The notes beneath the pieces were generated by a model, which ran no database searches, had not been told where the DNA came from, and was given only the letters and a program-made list of their open reading frames with translations. The translations under genes were made by a program, and so were the position numbers. A stretch of DNA of 64,000 nucleotides from Rhizophagus irregularis. Taxonomy: Eukaryota. The stretch lies in NCBI RefSeq assembly GCF_026210795.1, contig NC_089431.1, positions 2,604,001 to 2,668,000 of the forward strand, in the 5' to 3' direction. Positions within the stretch are counted from its first letter, which is position 1. The number at the start of each line of letters is the position of its first letter. Positions 27,223-44,300 of the stretch are shown in pieces.

Positions 27223-28033
27223 TTATTTACTTTGATTCGTTTCCTTTTCTGCTTTCGATTCTAATGCTTTCAATTCTAAGGCTTTCTGTTGAAAAAGATT
27301 AGATTATTAATATTATTAATAAAAATGAAATATTTGTTATAAATGAAATTAAAAGAAAATCATTTCAAAACTTACTTGTTGCTTTTGTCTCATAATTTCA
27401 GCATCACTAGAAGGTTAATGAGAATGATCACATAATTTCGAATTTCGAATGATTTTGATTTTTGGAAACGTTTAAATAATTTTTTTTTTTAACAAATCCA
27501 CAAAAATTAATTTCAAAGGATGAAAAAAAAACAATAAAACAAAAAAAAAGAAAATCAATGAAAAAACAAACTTAGTGTCATTCCAAAATTAAAATAAAAT
27601 AAAATAAAATAATCATTTTTTTAAACATACAAAATTAATTAAAAATTAATTTCTTTATATTAGAATAATTAGAATAAGTTTTTTTAAATATATATATATA
27701 TATATACAGATACATATATATAAATAATATAGATCTTTTTTCTTTTTTTTTTTAAATAGTTGATAAAACAAAAAAAAACAAAAAAAATAAAAATAAAAAT
27801 AAAAATATACTATTATAATAATATCTTTTTATTACGTACCTTTCAGCTCTTTTTTTAAAAGCGTTTCCATCTTCTTTTTTCTTTGGTTGCTTAGATTGTT
27901 TTTTCAAATTCTTTTCACGAGCTTTTTCTCTTTGATTTCCACCTTTATAAAATAAAAAAACAATTTTTTATTATTAAGTTCAGAAATAATTTATTTTAAC
28001 ATTCAGACTTCTTAAATACTACTTACGAGCCAT
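27223..28033 (-). CDS. SERF: Small EDRK-rich factor (SERF/4F5 family)
   Basis: Four exons give MAR-GNQREKAREKNLKKQ...KRAES-DAEIMRQKQQ-KALELK... Not in the ORF track because the exons are tiny. Confidence 0.9.
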
Positions 28034-29095
28034 TTTAAATGATTTAAAAATGTAAACAAGTAGAGAATTGAAAAAGATTAAAAAATTTTTTAAAAAATAT
28101 GAAGCGGAGAAACAAAAAAATACGTGGTAAATGTAAATGGGAAGATTTGGAATTTTTAAGCACCGCAGTAATTGCTTTTTTGAGGCTGATTTCCCGACAA
28201 TATCTTTTTAGTATTAGTTCCGTTAATCAATGAACCAAATAAAATAATTATTGTTTTTCAGAACTATGAAATTTTTTTCTTACCAAATTCGTTATTATTA
28301 TTTGTAATTAAAAACGAAGCAGATCTAAATACAAACATCTCATCCATTTTAAGTTATATTATTTAAGCATAAGATTTACATTAAATAATACAAAAAAAAT
28401 GTAAATTTGTAAAAATATACTTAATTTTTATTTTGCAAAAAAAAAATCATTTTCCATATCAATTATGAAAAGGAAAATGAAATGAAAGAAAGGACCCGAA
28501 AATTTTTTATAACTATACAACTAACAAAATTATTATCATTTCAAGAAAAAAAAACAAAAATATTTCGTTAATAATGAAAATAAACTAATGTTAAGGATAA
28601 AATAATATAAATGAAAAAAAAAAATGTCCAAACAATTATATACTAGGGGTAAAAATTTATTAACAACTCAGACGAAGTTATTGACTTAGTGCAAACAACT
28701 TCGAAAGAAAGGGAAAAGGGGAAATCGAAAGAGAAAAATGATATACAAAATGAAAAAAAAAAGAGAGAAAATAAAACTTCCCACTTATGATATCGCCATA
28801 TCCAATTAAGAATCATTGTGGATTTTTTTTTTACTTAAAAAATATCAACAACTAAATTTATCACATTATATAACATTAATTTAACCTATATCAAACAGGA
28901 TAAATTTCAAACTTAAATGGATATGATGCTTTTTTTTTATGAGCGGGATAAAAAAAGGTAAATTTTTAGATGTTAGCAAATTATTATGAAGTCATAAATT
29001 CTACGTGAAAAAGGAAAAAAAATATTATTCACAAAAAATTATTTAAAGAAAATATGATATTTAGTCTATTTTTCAGTCATGCTTGACATTTCAAT

Positions 29096-30444
29096 TCATT
29101 TCTTATCACCAGGTTGAGGTGAATATTGTTGAACTTTTGCGGCTCCATTTCCTCCAGTATTAGCTTGATTCCAATAACCTGCAGCTGGACTTTGCATGTA
29201 AGGAGAACCTTGAGCGGTAGCATATTGATTCAAATGTTGCTGATTGTATTGAGGATATTGAGCTGGTGACATGTAAGATTGAGCGAGACCTCCGGTACCC
29301 ATTGCCATACTGCTTGGGATGTTACTATATTGATTAGCATATGGATTTATTCCTAGAGCATAAGATTGAGCAGATGATATTTGTCCACTATTAGGTGCTT
29401 GATGCTGCTATGAATTAAATAATTTAAATTTAATCAAGAGATCTTGTAATATAATAAAGTTAAGAAAACGGTTGTTGATTTTACTTGCCTTTCGATCATG
29501 ATCATAAACGTTATCATTATTTCCATCTGTGTGAGTATTATCATTTCCATAATTTGGAGTACTTTGAGACGCACGTGCTTGCTATATTAAAAAAGAAAGA
29601 TTTGATGCAAAAAAAAATTTTATATTAATAAAAAAAAAAAAAAAAAAAATTGTTAAAAACATTTTTAAAGATTAAACTCGAATCGTGATCAAATTTTATA
29701 CGTACCGCAGCAGCTGATTCTTGAGTTGGTGCATCAGGAGCATTTAAACAAGCTTGAATTAAATTCTTTCCCTCAGGTTTAGTAACGAGAGGTTGAAGTT
29801 TTGGAGTAGTAAAGGTATAAACAAGGCCAGTTTCGGATACGACGAGAAGAAGAACTTGTGTGCCCGTCAATGTACTAAGTTCATACGCCTAGATAAGAAA
29901 TTGGTGACAGTTAATAATGATTATTTGGTGAAAAACGTGGGAGAACGAATTGATAAACCGGGCAAGGTTTACAAAAATCATAGAGACAAAATAGGATGTA
30001 CATATGTCCTATTACGATATTTGTCTAGCCAAGTTTCGCCAAAGTGGTAACAAACAAAAAAAAAAATAGGGGTAAAATAACCCAAATACCAATCCAAATT
30101 ATCCGAAGTTCTTTTACAGTGTTAGTTATATGTAGGAGTATCCGATTTTTTTTTTTCTTAAAATTTAACCGAATTACCTTTTTCATTATACCGGCCTTTC
30201 TTTTACTAAAGGTGATATGGCGTCTACTTTTATCATCAATATACTCGATTTTTATCTTGCGGCGTCCAGCTTTTTTCTCGCTCTTACTATCGTCGTCACC
30301 AGAATCGTCGTCTAAATCATCGTCATGGTCTCGCTTACTTCCTCTTCGTGGAGTCGTCTGTTCAGATAACGGCTCCGCAGGGTGTCCTGAAGAGTTACTA
30401 AGTTTTCGTTGGTTAACTGAAACAGAACTACTGAGATTGCTCAT
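29096..30444 (-). CDS. MCM1: SRF-type MADS-box transcription factor
   Basis: GRRKIKIEYIDDKSRRHITFSKRKAGIMKK-AYELSTLTGTQVLLLVVSETGLVYTFTTPKLQP..EGKNLIQACLNAPD. Confidence 0.95.
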
Positions 30445-31466
30445 TTCTGTGACGTGCTTTCAAATGAGGAAGTAGAAGGTTTTTTTTATGTTTATGGGTT
30501 ATCGTTTTTGACTGGTAGTTTGGTAGCAGTAGCCTTTTTTCGTAGTTTGTATTGTCTATATGCGTTTTTGTGGAGCTTTTTTATGTAAAGAAAAAAAAGG
30601 AAATTTAGCTAGGATTAGCTAAAGTTGTTCTGTGGCGCTAACTTGCATGAAATGTTTATCTTTTATTATTAATCCATGATTGGCCTAATTTCTGATTGAC
30701 CCCTCAGGACGGATAATTTTTTTGGTTCACAATTACTACAATAACAGAATAATATCCTTAGTATTAGTCAAACATGGTCTACATAAGATAATTCTGACCA
30801 AATTAAATCAGTTTATAGACTTATTTGTATTATTTGTATTGCGTATTTTACGTTTAAATGTCGTGTCCGATTTACCATTATTAAAACTTTAATTTATTAT
30901 TTTTTTTCACTGGTTAGACAGGTTAGAAATATTTCTAATACAATAAATATCAAATAACTACCAAGATAAATTAATAATAATGTATTTTTTTATTTTTTTT
31001 TTTATTATAATATTATAAAATTATTACCAAAGACATATATGATTTTCGTGTGAAAATTTCGAAAAAAGAGCCAATTATTTGTAGACAAAAAAATTAAATA
31101 TTATCCACAAACTCTATAAAGATAATAATTAAAATACCCCTTATATGATTATTGCTTAGCAACATAGCCACAAAAATTATTCAATTACTTTAATTACTTA
31201 CCAATTTAAGATAACAATTGCATTCCTATAATAGATGTAAATCGAACATCGGGTTACTAAAGTTACTAAAGCAAAAACAGAAGAAATAGCCGCCATACTT
31301 TATCTATCAAGGTATTAGCCCAAGTTTGTGAGACTTTAAATTAAATTTTTTTCAAAGATTCCTAAATAAATTTATTAAATAATAGATTTACAAGTTTAAG
31401 ATTACTGCAAAGGGGAAAAGGGGTTGAAATATTATAAAAAAGTTTTTGTTACAAAAATTTTCATTA

Positions 31467-32835
31467 TTATGATTTTCGTTCCATTAACTTTCCCAACAAT
31501 TCTTTTTGAATATCTGCCTGTTTTTGAGATTCGACAAGCGATTTGATCGATCGTAAATCATTTACAATATCTTTCGTCTTGCCGAAATAAACTTCTTGAA
31601 GTAAATTACGCATTTTAAGTTCAATGTCCTCAACCATACGTCCAATATTGGCTATGTGAGCTGAAGGATCATCAATTGGATAATCGGCTTCGAACTATTT
31701 ATTTATCCATCGTAAATAATTTTTTTTTAATAAATATAAGCAAAATCTATCCAGTGAAAAATATTATAACTTTATATATATATATTTTATTTTACCTGTC
31801 TCGTCATACTCCCAGATAAATTCATATTTCCGAGTTCAGGTTTGCTTGTAATGGTGTATAACATAACAGTAGATGTTAATTTATAATGTGCATTACGACC
31901 TCGTTCATTTGCTTTGAATACATGAATTGAATCCCATGCCCCCTTCATCCTACGACTACCATCACCGACTAAAAAAAAAAAGTCAACCGTTATTATTAAA
32001 AAGTTATGAATAATTATATCATATAAATTTTTACCTTTTTTAAATAAAACCGCGCCAGAAAATCCGGATTGAAGTTTACTTTGAATTAGTTCTTGTTCTT
32101 GGTCATTGTCCCAAAAATATACTGAAGAAGTACCTCCCTCATAATACCTTTAAAACAAATAATATAAAATTTAATAATAGCTATTAGATTTCTTTTTAGA
32201 GGGGAAAGAAAATAATACTACACACATCTCACGATATGTATCAAAAGCTTCATTGGCGGATACCTCCAATTTGCGAATTTTTTGAGAAGGGAATATTCCA
32301 TCATTTATTGGAGGATCATACTCGTTTGACCAAGGAGAACTAAAGGGAGAAGAGATTTTTTTTTTATTTTTTATTTTTTTTATAAATAGAGAAAGAAAGT
32401 AGTTTAAATGTCGGTTTAAATAACCAATATTACGATTAGGTGCGTTTTAATGAAATAAGACAAAAGTTTTAGCTTTATAATTCTTAATGTATTTTAAAGG
32501 ACAATTAGTAATAGCTTAGCTTACCGAAAAGAATCACCATCTCTGTTAAAAGTAGACATTAAATAATCTTTATTCGCGATTTTGCATTTTGCAACCTTAA
32601 GTGGTTGGTCAATAGCATTTAACAGTTCATCTTGAAGACCAGGGACAAGATCTACAAGCTGTGAAAGATTATCCTCTGTATTTTGAGGAGGGAGGCGTCT
32701 CATGAGATCTAAAGCACAATCAATTTGGTCACCCTGTTGAAATCAGTTTCAACAATGATAAAAAAGAAAATTTGAAAATTTACATTAAAAAGAAAGATTT
32801 CAGGAATTATAACATATTTGTTAATTTTCTACCAT
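31467..32835 (-). CDS. CAP2: F-actin capping protein beta subunit
   Basis: [67 protein letters not shown] and [14 protein letters not shown]. Confidence 0.95.
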
Positions 32836-33294
32836 TTTGAGTCCTGACAAGAGTCTACGGAAGTAATTTGGCCTACTAATTTTCATAAAATTGTTTTGAT
32901 TATAGGAAAAATTTTTATTGGGTGGAGGAACAAATTCATGTGATCGATGATATTTTGTCATATTTCAAAGCTTGATGACAGTGGAAACCGCGGTAATTGT
33001 TGGAATTTGTAATAATTTCTTCGATCATATTTCTGCTGCTTCGGTCTTCGGACACAATACAATATCTTACAATGGGTCAATAAAGCAAAATTCGGGAATA
33101 AAAAAAAAAAAAGTTTCAGACAATTTATTCATCGAAATCTAATTGTACCGATACAAATATTGAACGCATGATGATCAATTCGATTCAAACTTTAAATTTG
33201 TTATACAATATTAAAAAAAATATATATATAATTTTTTATTTTTTTTTAGATTAAAAAATAATTTAGATTTAAATATATTAACATTTGATTAAAA

Positions 33295-35098
<1,804 letters not shown>

Positions 35099-35431
35099 GG
35101 TGATAGAGAAAAAACCGAGGCTAGAAAATGATCTAAATCATGCAAACAGAGATAAAGATAAGAGGCTGTGTTACCATGTAACATCAGATCATTCAGATGA
35201 ACATATTGAAGATACAGGGTGTGACACACTGACAAATGGTGACAAAGAAAGGTATATAAAGAAATCATCGGAGAATATTTATTTATCTTTATAAAAAAAG
35301 CTTTTTTTTTTTTTAAAAAAAAAAAACTTATTTTATTTTTTTTTTAATTTACAAATATTATTATTGGAAAATAAAAGATCGGATTAAAATCAATCACAAT
35401 TTATTTGAGAATTAAAGGAAAAATCTTCGAG

Positions 35432-36706
<1,275 letters not shown>

Positions 36707-38577
36707 TTTTTTTGCATATAAAAAAAGAGAGTTGTCGCAAGTAAATGATGAGCTAAATGATCTAGTACATTTTTCCCGCAGCAAGCTTCCATTTAAAGGT
36801 TTTGATTGGATGAAAAAGGAAAGAGTTCACAATTTTTTTTTTTGCCCATTTATTAACACCTAAAACCACCAAACTTTTGCAAGGTTTGCTCGTGTAATGC
36901 ATTCTTACTCTTAAATGAACGTAATATTCTTTTAAGTGCGTAACCTATTATACGAATTCAACCAAAAATGTAAATTGTCAGCTAAATTGAAATAATATAT
37001 AATTGAGTTAAATAATACTATAATTTTGTGGGAATCTAGTACGAGATATTATTGATTGATGAAATAGACTTTATGTTGAAGCTAAGATGGTAATACATAA
37101 ACATTTTATTCTTCTTGACTTCTTAGAATTCGAAAAAAAAAATATTTAAAAATATTTATAGGATAATTATTTGATGTAGTATACTTACCACTTAAAGACA
37201 CGAATTTTCTGGAACGAAAAGTAACATTGTTTTTGGTATATTCATTACACATCGTGATTAATACCATGGGAGCATGGCATCGAAGCTTTGGAATATCAAG
37301 GTAGTTAATTCCAGATTCTTCAACTTATGTTTACGTAGATTTTAAGCTCAAAGAGATAAAGAAGAATTTCTAATTTTATATATTAAATGATTTGTAAATG
37401 GGCTTTCATCAGAAGATGATGTTGAAGATACATCAGGAAACGTTAAAATACACAATATTCAAAACTATTCCTGAAGAATTTGCTAATTGGATGATCTAGA
37501 AGAATCGAAGGAAGTATTTCATAATTGAAATTCCTAAATTAATGATTTCAGTTATAATGGGGATATGGGGAAATGAATATTTGTCACGTCAATCACCACA
37601 AATTACAAATTACAAATTATAAATTATCATTAGCAAGGACAAAAAAAGGTTAGAAATTAACTGACAGAATATTTCACAAAATGTATATATAATATTAATA
37701 TTATAGTTCATTAAATATGTTCGGAAAAGCCGATCAAATTAAATATTTTTGACAATTGATCAAAAAAGTAACATAAAATCATTACTTTATTAATAACAAT
37801 AGTGAGAAAATATTTTCCCTAATAATAAAGTTATGTCACCAAAAAAAAAAAAGATGGTTTATGACTTTTTATTAAATATAAAAATTTCCTTAGAGTTATT
37901 TAATCTTCCATCTCACCCCAAATGTTTTTATAGTTGATCGGGAGGGATGAACTTTGAAACTAACTACTAAAATATAACATTTAGGAACAATCGGTTAGAC
38001 ATTCCTTTTTATTATTAAAAAGAAATGCCGCTTATATTCAAATTATATTTAAATTTTGTTGTATTCCAATTTAAGCAAGTTAATTATCTCTAATTTTTTT
38101 GGTACATAGTCACGTGAAACAATAACAAGCTTTTTGATAAAGGCGCGTCAGTATTATTATTATTATTTGTCTTACACCTTATCATTGGAATCTTTTACCA
38201 TTTTTTCTTTCTTGTTTTTTTTCTTCTAGACTTTTTTCTTTCTGTTTTGAACTTTATTTTTCTATAAATTCTATGCATGAAAGAAAGTATATCAGGAATT
38301 CAAAAGTTACACCATAAGTAATTAATTTCTCAGATTCTTAAATGTATTTTGGAGCAGAGAATTGTTTATTATTATTTGTTTTTTTTTTTATATAGATAAA
38401 TTATTCTTTGTATGATTGTATCCATCTCTTTTACACTTTTTTCACATAAAACAAATGCATTATAATAATTATTTTATATTGAACTACATTCGGTAGTTAC
38501 AATAAGAGAGATGAAAAACAAAATATTTCCTTTCGGTATTTTAAAATTATCCAACTAATCTTTTTTGGCTTTTTTAA

Positions 38578-38681
38578 TATATAAATATATATATAATATA
38601 TATTATATATATAATTATATAATATATAAATATAAATATATATATATAAATATATAAATATTATTAATATATATATATATA
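38578..38681. repeat. AT-only low-complexity/(TA)n tract
   Basis: About 100 nt of only A and T, TATA-rich. Confidence 0.8.
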
Positions 38682-39236
38682 GATATTAAACCCTAAAAGA
38701 ATTATCGGATATAAATTCATTCAATGATTTTTTTTCAGCATTATTGTTACATTTTTGTATGCAAAGAAAAAATTTTTTCTCGTTTCCTAAAATTAAATAA
38801 TCTTCTTTTATGGTTAATGATAACTGCAATTGGACCAAATTAAATTTAGCTATACTAAATTAAGGTTGAAGATCATTGATGATAAATTATATAATAATTG
38901 ATTTTCAAATGAGAAAGATACCATATGGATATTTAGAAGCCAATAAATGTATGATTGGAACATGCAATCTGCAATGATAACGATAAAAAGATTATATTAT
39001 TCATATAACCAGAACCATTAAATATTGTCTTGTTTAATATTATTCCGTATTTTCCCTTTCTTGGAATCTATATTCCGGGTTATGGGCGCACAAGAATACA
39101 AGTTTTTTTTCTTTGTGTTCATGCAATTCCTGTGGTTAAAGCCTCACACAGCGTCAATGATATAAATTCGGAATCAATGATTTCCAAGTGAAATAATTAA
39201 TATCACATTTTGTTAATGATTTTCGAAAATAATGAG

Positions 39237-39240
<4 letters not shown>

Positions 39241-39276
<36 letters not shown>

Positions 39277-39371
39277 TATTATATTATTTTCAATTTAATT
39301 TTTATAAATTTTTTTTTTTTTTTTTTTTGAAAAAAAAAAAAAATTTCAAAAAAAAAAAAAAAAAAAAAAAA
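39241..39371. repeat. (TA)14 microsatellite followed by T20-G-A14-TTTC-A24 homopolymer inverted repeat
   Basis: Directly visible. Confidence 0.85.
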
Positions 39372-41399
39372 CGGTATCCATAAAAAAATTATTTCCTATT
39401 TTTGCAAACGACATATGATTATTCCCCAAGTTAATCAAAATGAATTCAAAGTTTTTATTTGGGTTATACCTAGAAATTCAGCCCCATAACATTCACATTT
39501 ATGGAAAAAAGTTCTCCGAATCATTCCGCTTCCCACTAAACTTAAAAAGAAATTTAAGATGTTGCATATACTCCATCTTTAGATTTTTCCCATGTCCTGT
39601 CTTTTGGATTAATTTTTTACAAAACCAGTTAATAAACAAGGTTAAAAATAAAATAAAATAAAAATAAAAATAAAAAAATAAAATAAAAAAAAAGTCTTAC
39701 AATATATCCTTCTTAAATATATAAGCCGAATACCAAAGTATTTCGGGTATAAATAATTATATTTTGTGTATTTTGTATAACAAGTTTTATGGACCCCAAT
39801 GTTGAAATCATTATGAAAGATCATGTTTCCAACAGGGTTGATTGATTCTAATTTTTTTAAGGCAGCGATAGGCGATCTAAAGTTTCAAAAGAAAATCACT
39901 CTTAAAACATATAATCATCATGTTCTTACAACTTCGATTTGCCAATATATATATATTTATATCTTATACATATACATATATACATATATATAAAATATAT
40001 ATATATATATATATTCATATAAACAATCGTTTTATAGAAACATTGATAGAACGCATAAATTTTAAACTTTATTTTAACATAAATTCGACTCAGCATTAAC
40101 CATTTTTAATCATAACCACAATTTCCTTTATTTGTATTGCATTTATAATTATTATTTATATTATTGCATATTATGCTAATTCTGTATAAAAGCCCTTAAA
40201 GCCTTTGTTCCGATAAATTTTTTTTTTTTGTGGCTTAATTTGATTGGTTAAAGTAAGCCACAAAACCCGACTGACCAAATTTTGAACCCAAGAAACCATA
40301 ATTAGAAAGATTTTTTTTAAAAAAACCCGATCCCTTGCTTGTTTATGTTTGTTTGTGGAAATTGGTATACGTAATGGGACTATAACCATCGCCGTATTTT
40401 TGGGGAGGTTACTCCAAACAACCCCTTTTATGTTCATATTTTTTTAGAGTTTCATTAACAATTTATGGGCTATGATTTTTGTGTAACTTTTTGCCATCAA
40501 AAAAAGGGAAATTTTTTTTCTTGGTGAACTTTCTTTCCCGTACCAAATAAGGGGTTGATAACAGTGGGAATATTTAAAATTTTTTTTTTTAGTTTCTTTT
40601 ATATTCCCAATTTAGTTAAGTTATTTATTTATGCAAAATATTTATGATGTGATTATTTCAAAATCAAATGTGATTCATTCCATTCCTTATTATTTTATTG
40701 ATCCTTACTTTAAAAAAAAAAATTTTTTTTTTAGCACCAAAAAAAATTTTGTATATTTTTTTTCCTTTTTTTCGTATGTACCCTTTTTGCTTCGTTTCAA
40801 TTTTATTGTTTTGAATATTACATTTTAATTATTTTTCGGATTAGCTCCCTATTCCCCGGTTTGTCCATATTTAAATTATTACTATTTTACCTTTAATTCA
40901 GCCTTAATATACACTAAACATAATATAAAAAAATTAACCTAATCCGAAAAAAAAATTTCTGTATATATAGGAGTCTTATTTTAACTCCCGTTACCACTAT
41001 TTGATACAAAACCAAAAAAAAAAAAAAAATAATCAAAGAAGATTTAATTACTCCATTATTTCAATTTCTCCGCGACCAAGGTTCGATTTTTTTCTTCTTC
41101 TTTATGCTATTCCATTATCAAAGTGTGAAGTTTTTTTTTTCAATAAATATGATAAAATATAAATACTCCACTCAATAAATATTATTAATTCCTATTCTAT
41201 GTGTTTTATATATATAGTTATTTCCTTGATAACTTATATGAACTAAAAAAAAAAAACTTTAAGAGTTGGAGAAAAAAAATTTTTTTTTTTTGCGCGCCGT
41301 TTATTTTTTTTTTTTTTTTTTTTTCTTGAAACCTTTTTCCCATTTTTGTTCTTTCTTTCCTCTTTATACTTAAAAAGAAAATAGCTTTTTTTTAATAAA

Positions 41400-44300
41400 A
41401 TGGACGATATTGTATCTTATCAATTTGCACAAGTACGACAACGTAGAGATGAACGTCAAGAGATGTAAGCATTACTTTATATTGTTACTTGTGGTGTCAA
41501 TTACCACAAACATTCAAATGATAAAAGAACGTAAATTTTATTAGAGTCACAAATAATTCAATTCCTTTCTTTTTGATACATTTATTTTCGAATTCAAAAA
41601 AAAAAAACCTATCTTTTCTAAAATCATATTTTGTTGATGTTTTTAGACAATATGAACTTATTCTAAGGCAACAACCAAAACAATCAAGGATGTGTGGTAT
41701 AGGTGAAAAAGGTAAGCTATCATGGTATATCATGGTATATATCATTACCAAATTTGGATCTTTAAAACTTCGTGGTGATAGTAAAAAAATTTTAAGTTAT
41801 GCAGTAACGCATGTAGTTGTCACTAAGTGGGACGATCTCCATAAGAATTATTTGATCTACTTATAACTTTTATGGGAATTTGTCATTAATTGTTGAAAAT
41901 AATCACAAAAAAAAGCATGCTTTTATTTTCAATTCCGATTATATACAATAATGTTTCAATATAATAGTGTATACGTGTTTCAAATCATGTCTTCATTTGA
42001 TTTCCTATAGTTGGGATTGATGAACTTTATTATATGGAGAAAATATACCATACCCCGTTTGTTCTACGATATTTGTAGTTATTAATTATAATTTATTTCA
42101 TTTAAAATAACAGCCGATAGACGTCCCATCGATCCACCACCAATAATACAACTTAAAGTCTATGATGCAAGTTTACCACAATCAGAGAAAAGGTATCGTA
42201 TCACATGACTTATTATCTCGTGATATTTTCTACTGCGTAAAAAAAAAAAAGTTTAAAATATTTTACTTTAGTTCTTTTCTCCAAAATCCATATTTCTTCA
42301 TGTACGCGTCCCTGGTGGCACCTGATACAGATGAAGAATTACATTTATTGAGAGATGGAAAGACACGTTCTACAACAGGATCTGTCGTTTCATCGTTATA
42401 TCATCTCAAAGATATTGACAATTCAGATGCGGGATTTTTCGTATTTCCGGATCTCTCTGTACGTATGGAGGGAACTTATCGTCTTAAACTTAGTCTTTTT
42501 GAAATAATCGGGTATGTTTAAATTTTTAAAGATTATTCTATTCTATCAATTTAATAACTTAATTATCTCTTATATAGAAGAGAAGTTTATCACTGCAAGT
42601 CAATCTTTTCTGATATTTTTATAGTGTATTCGGCGAAAAGGTTTCCCGGCATGGAAGGTTTGTCTCAAAATATTTGACATTTTTTTTTTAAACACATTAA
42701 ATTTAAACTTTTTTTTTTTTGTTTATGCAGAATCTACATTTCTATCAAGATCTTTTGCTGATCAAGGTTTAAAAATCCGAATAAGGAAAGAAATCAGAAT
42801 ACGAAGGTTATTTGTGGGTTTATATGTGGCGATTCGTATCAACATTCAACCAGAGAATATATATATATATATATGTATATGTATATGTATAAAATAAAAA
42901 TTAAAAAATAAGAAATAGAGATTTTTTTTTTTTAACATTAATTATTATTTATATTATTAAATTACATTTTTTTTTATATTGCTGTTTATATTAACATTTT
43001 ACTATTTTATTATTTTTTTTTATATTATTCTTTTCTTCTTTTTTAAAAAAATTGTTGTACAACCTATGTAGACGGTTGGCAAAACGCGATAGAAAAGAAT
43101 TAGAATTGATCGATCAATCAATGGGTAATAGATTGAAACGTCCACGTGGTGATGGTAAACGGGAGGATAATGAGAGTGGCGAATCATCCGATGTAGATAT
43201 GCATGAACGTACACCAACTGCTGATGATTCACGTTCAAAATTAAGTTCTGAACCAGCTCCATCAAGCTCTTATGATAAACGAAAGGAACATAACAGTAGA
43301 AGCCCTTCGTCACCACGTCGAGTTCCATACGATCATATTCCACCACATATGGCACATTATGATCCTAACGCAACAATCTATGGTCCGGCAGGATATCCTC
43401 CACCTCGACCTCATCCATGGCATGATCGTCCAGAATATTTGGCGGATCCTCATTATCCACCACCATATTATGATCCATATGATAGAAGATATGGTTATCA
43501 TCCATATTATTATCCACATCCTCCTCCTCCATTACCTGATAGCGCTGATCATCATCGTTATCCATATCCTCCTCCAGCTTATGGTAGACCACCAATGTAC
43601 CCAGGACAACCCACACCAGGATATTATGATACACCTCCAAGAGTTCCACATCCTGCAAGTGAATCTCCCGGAGCTGTTAGACCACCACCACCATATGGAT
43701 ATGATCCATCAAGTCCTTATCCACAACGAGGTGGACCTTGGTCGCATTATGGTGAACGTTCACAATCAAGGGACCCTGGTTTAGAATCATCATCATCTCC
43801 TTATCGTGGAAGTGGTCCTGTAACCCCACCTCCTCCACCTCGTGGTCATGGTCATCCAATGTATTATCCTCCTCCACATGATTATTATGCTCCTCCATAT
43901 GGACATCCAATGGGACCTCCACCGCCAAAACAAGATTATTCTACACCAGTTGATCCTTCATTAACCGGTGATCCTAGTAACCCACAAAATAAAATACCAA
44001 TTCAGGATTTACTATCAACTGAACAACAACAGCAACAGTCTCAATCATCTCAACCGAATCAATCGAATACTGAACAAAGTGCTGTTACTCCACCAAGAAT
44101 GTATGGTGGACCACCTTCTGCATTTGCACATATTTATCACCGTCCACATGAATACATGAGACATGATATGTATAGACCTCCATATGAAATGGGATATCCG
44201 CCACCACATGAAATGCCTCCATATGGTTCTGGTAGTAGTCCTATCAATAAGTCGCAATTATCCTCACAACCACCACCACAGGATGGGCGTATCCCGGCAT

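Noticed and set aside
37200..37530. Slightly GC-richer, coding-like patch
   Set aside because: Frequent stops and no identifiable family.
40543..41757. Perfect CArG boxes (CCAAATAAGG at 40543, CCAAATTTGG at 41748) suggesting Mcm1 control of the velvet gene
   Set aside because: A few CC(A/T)6GG matches are expected by chance in 64 kb of AT-rich DNA.
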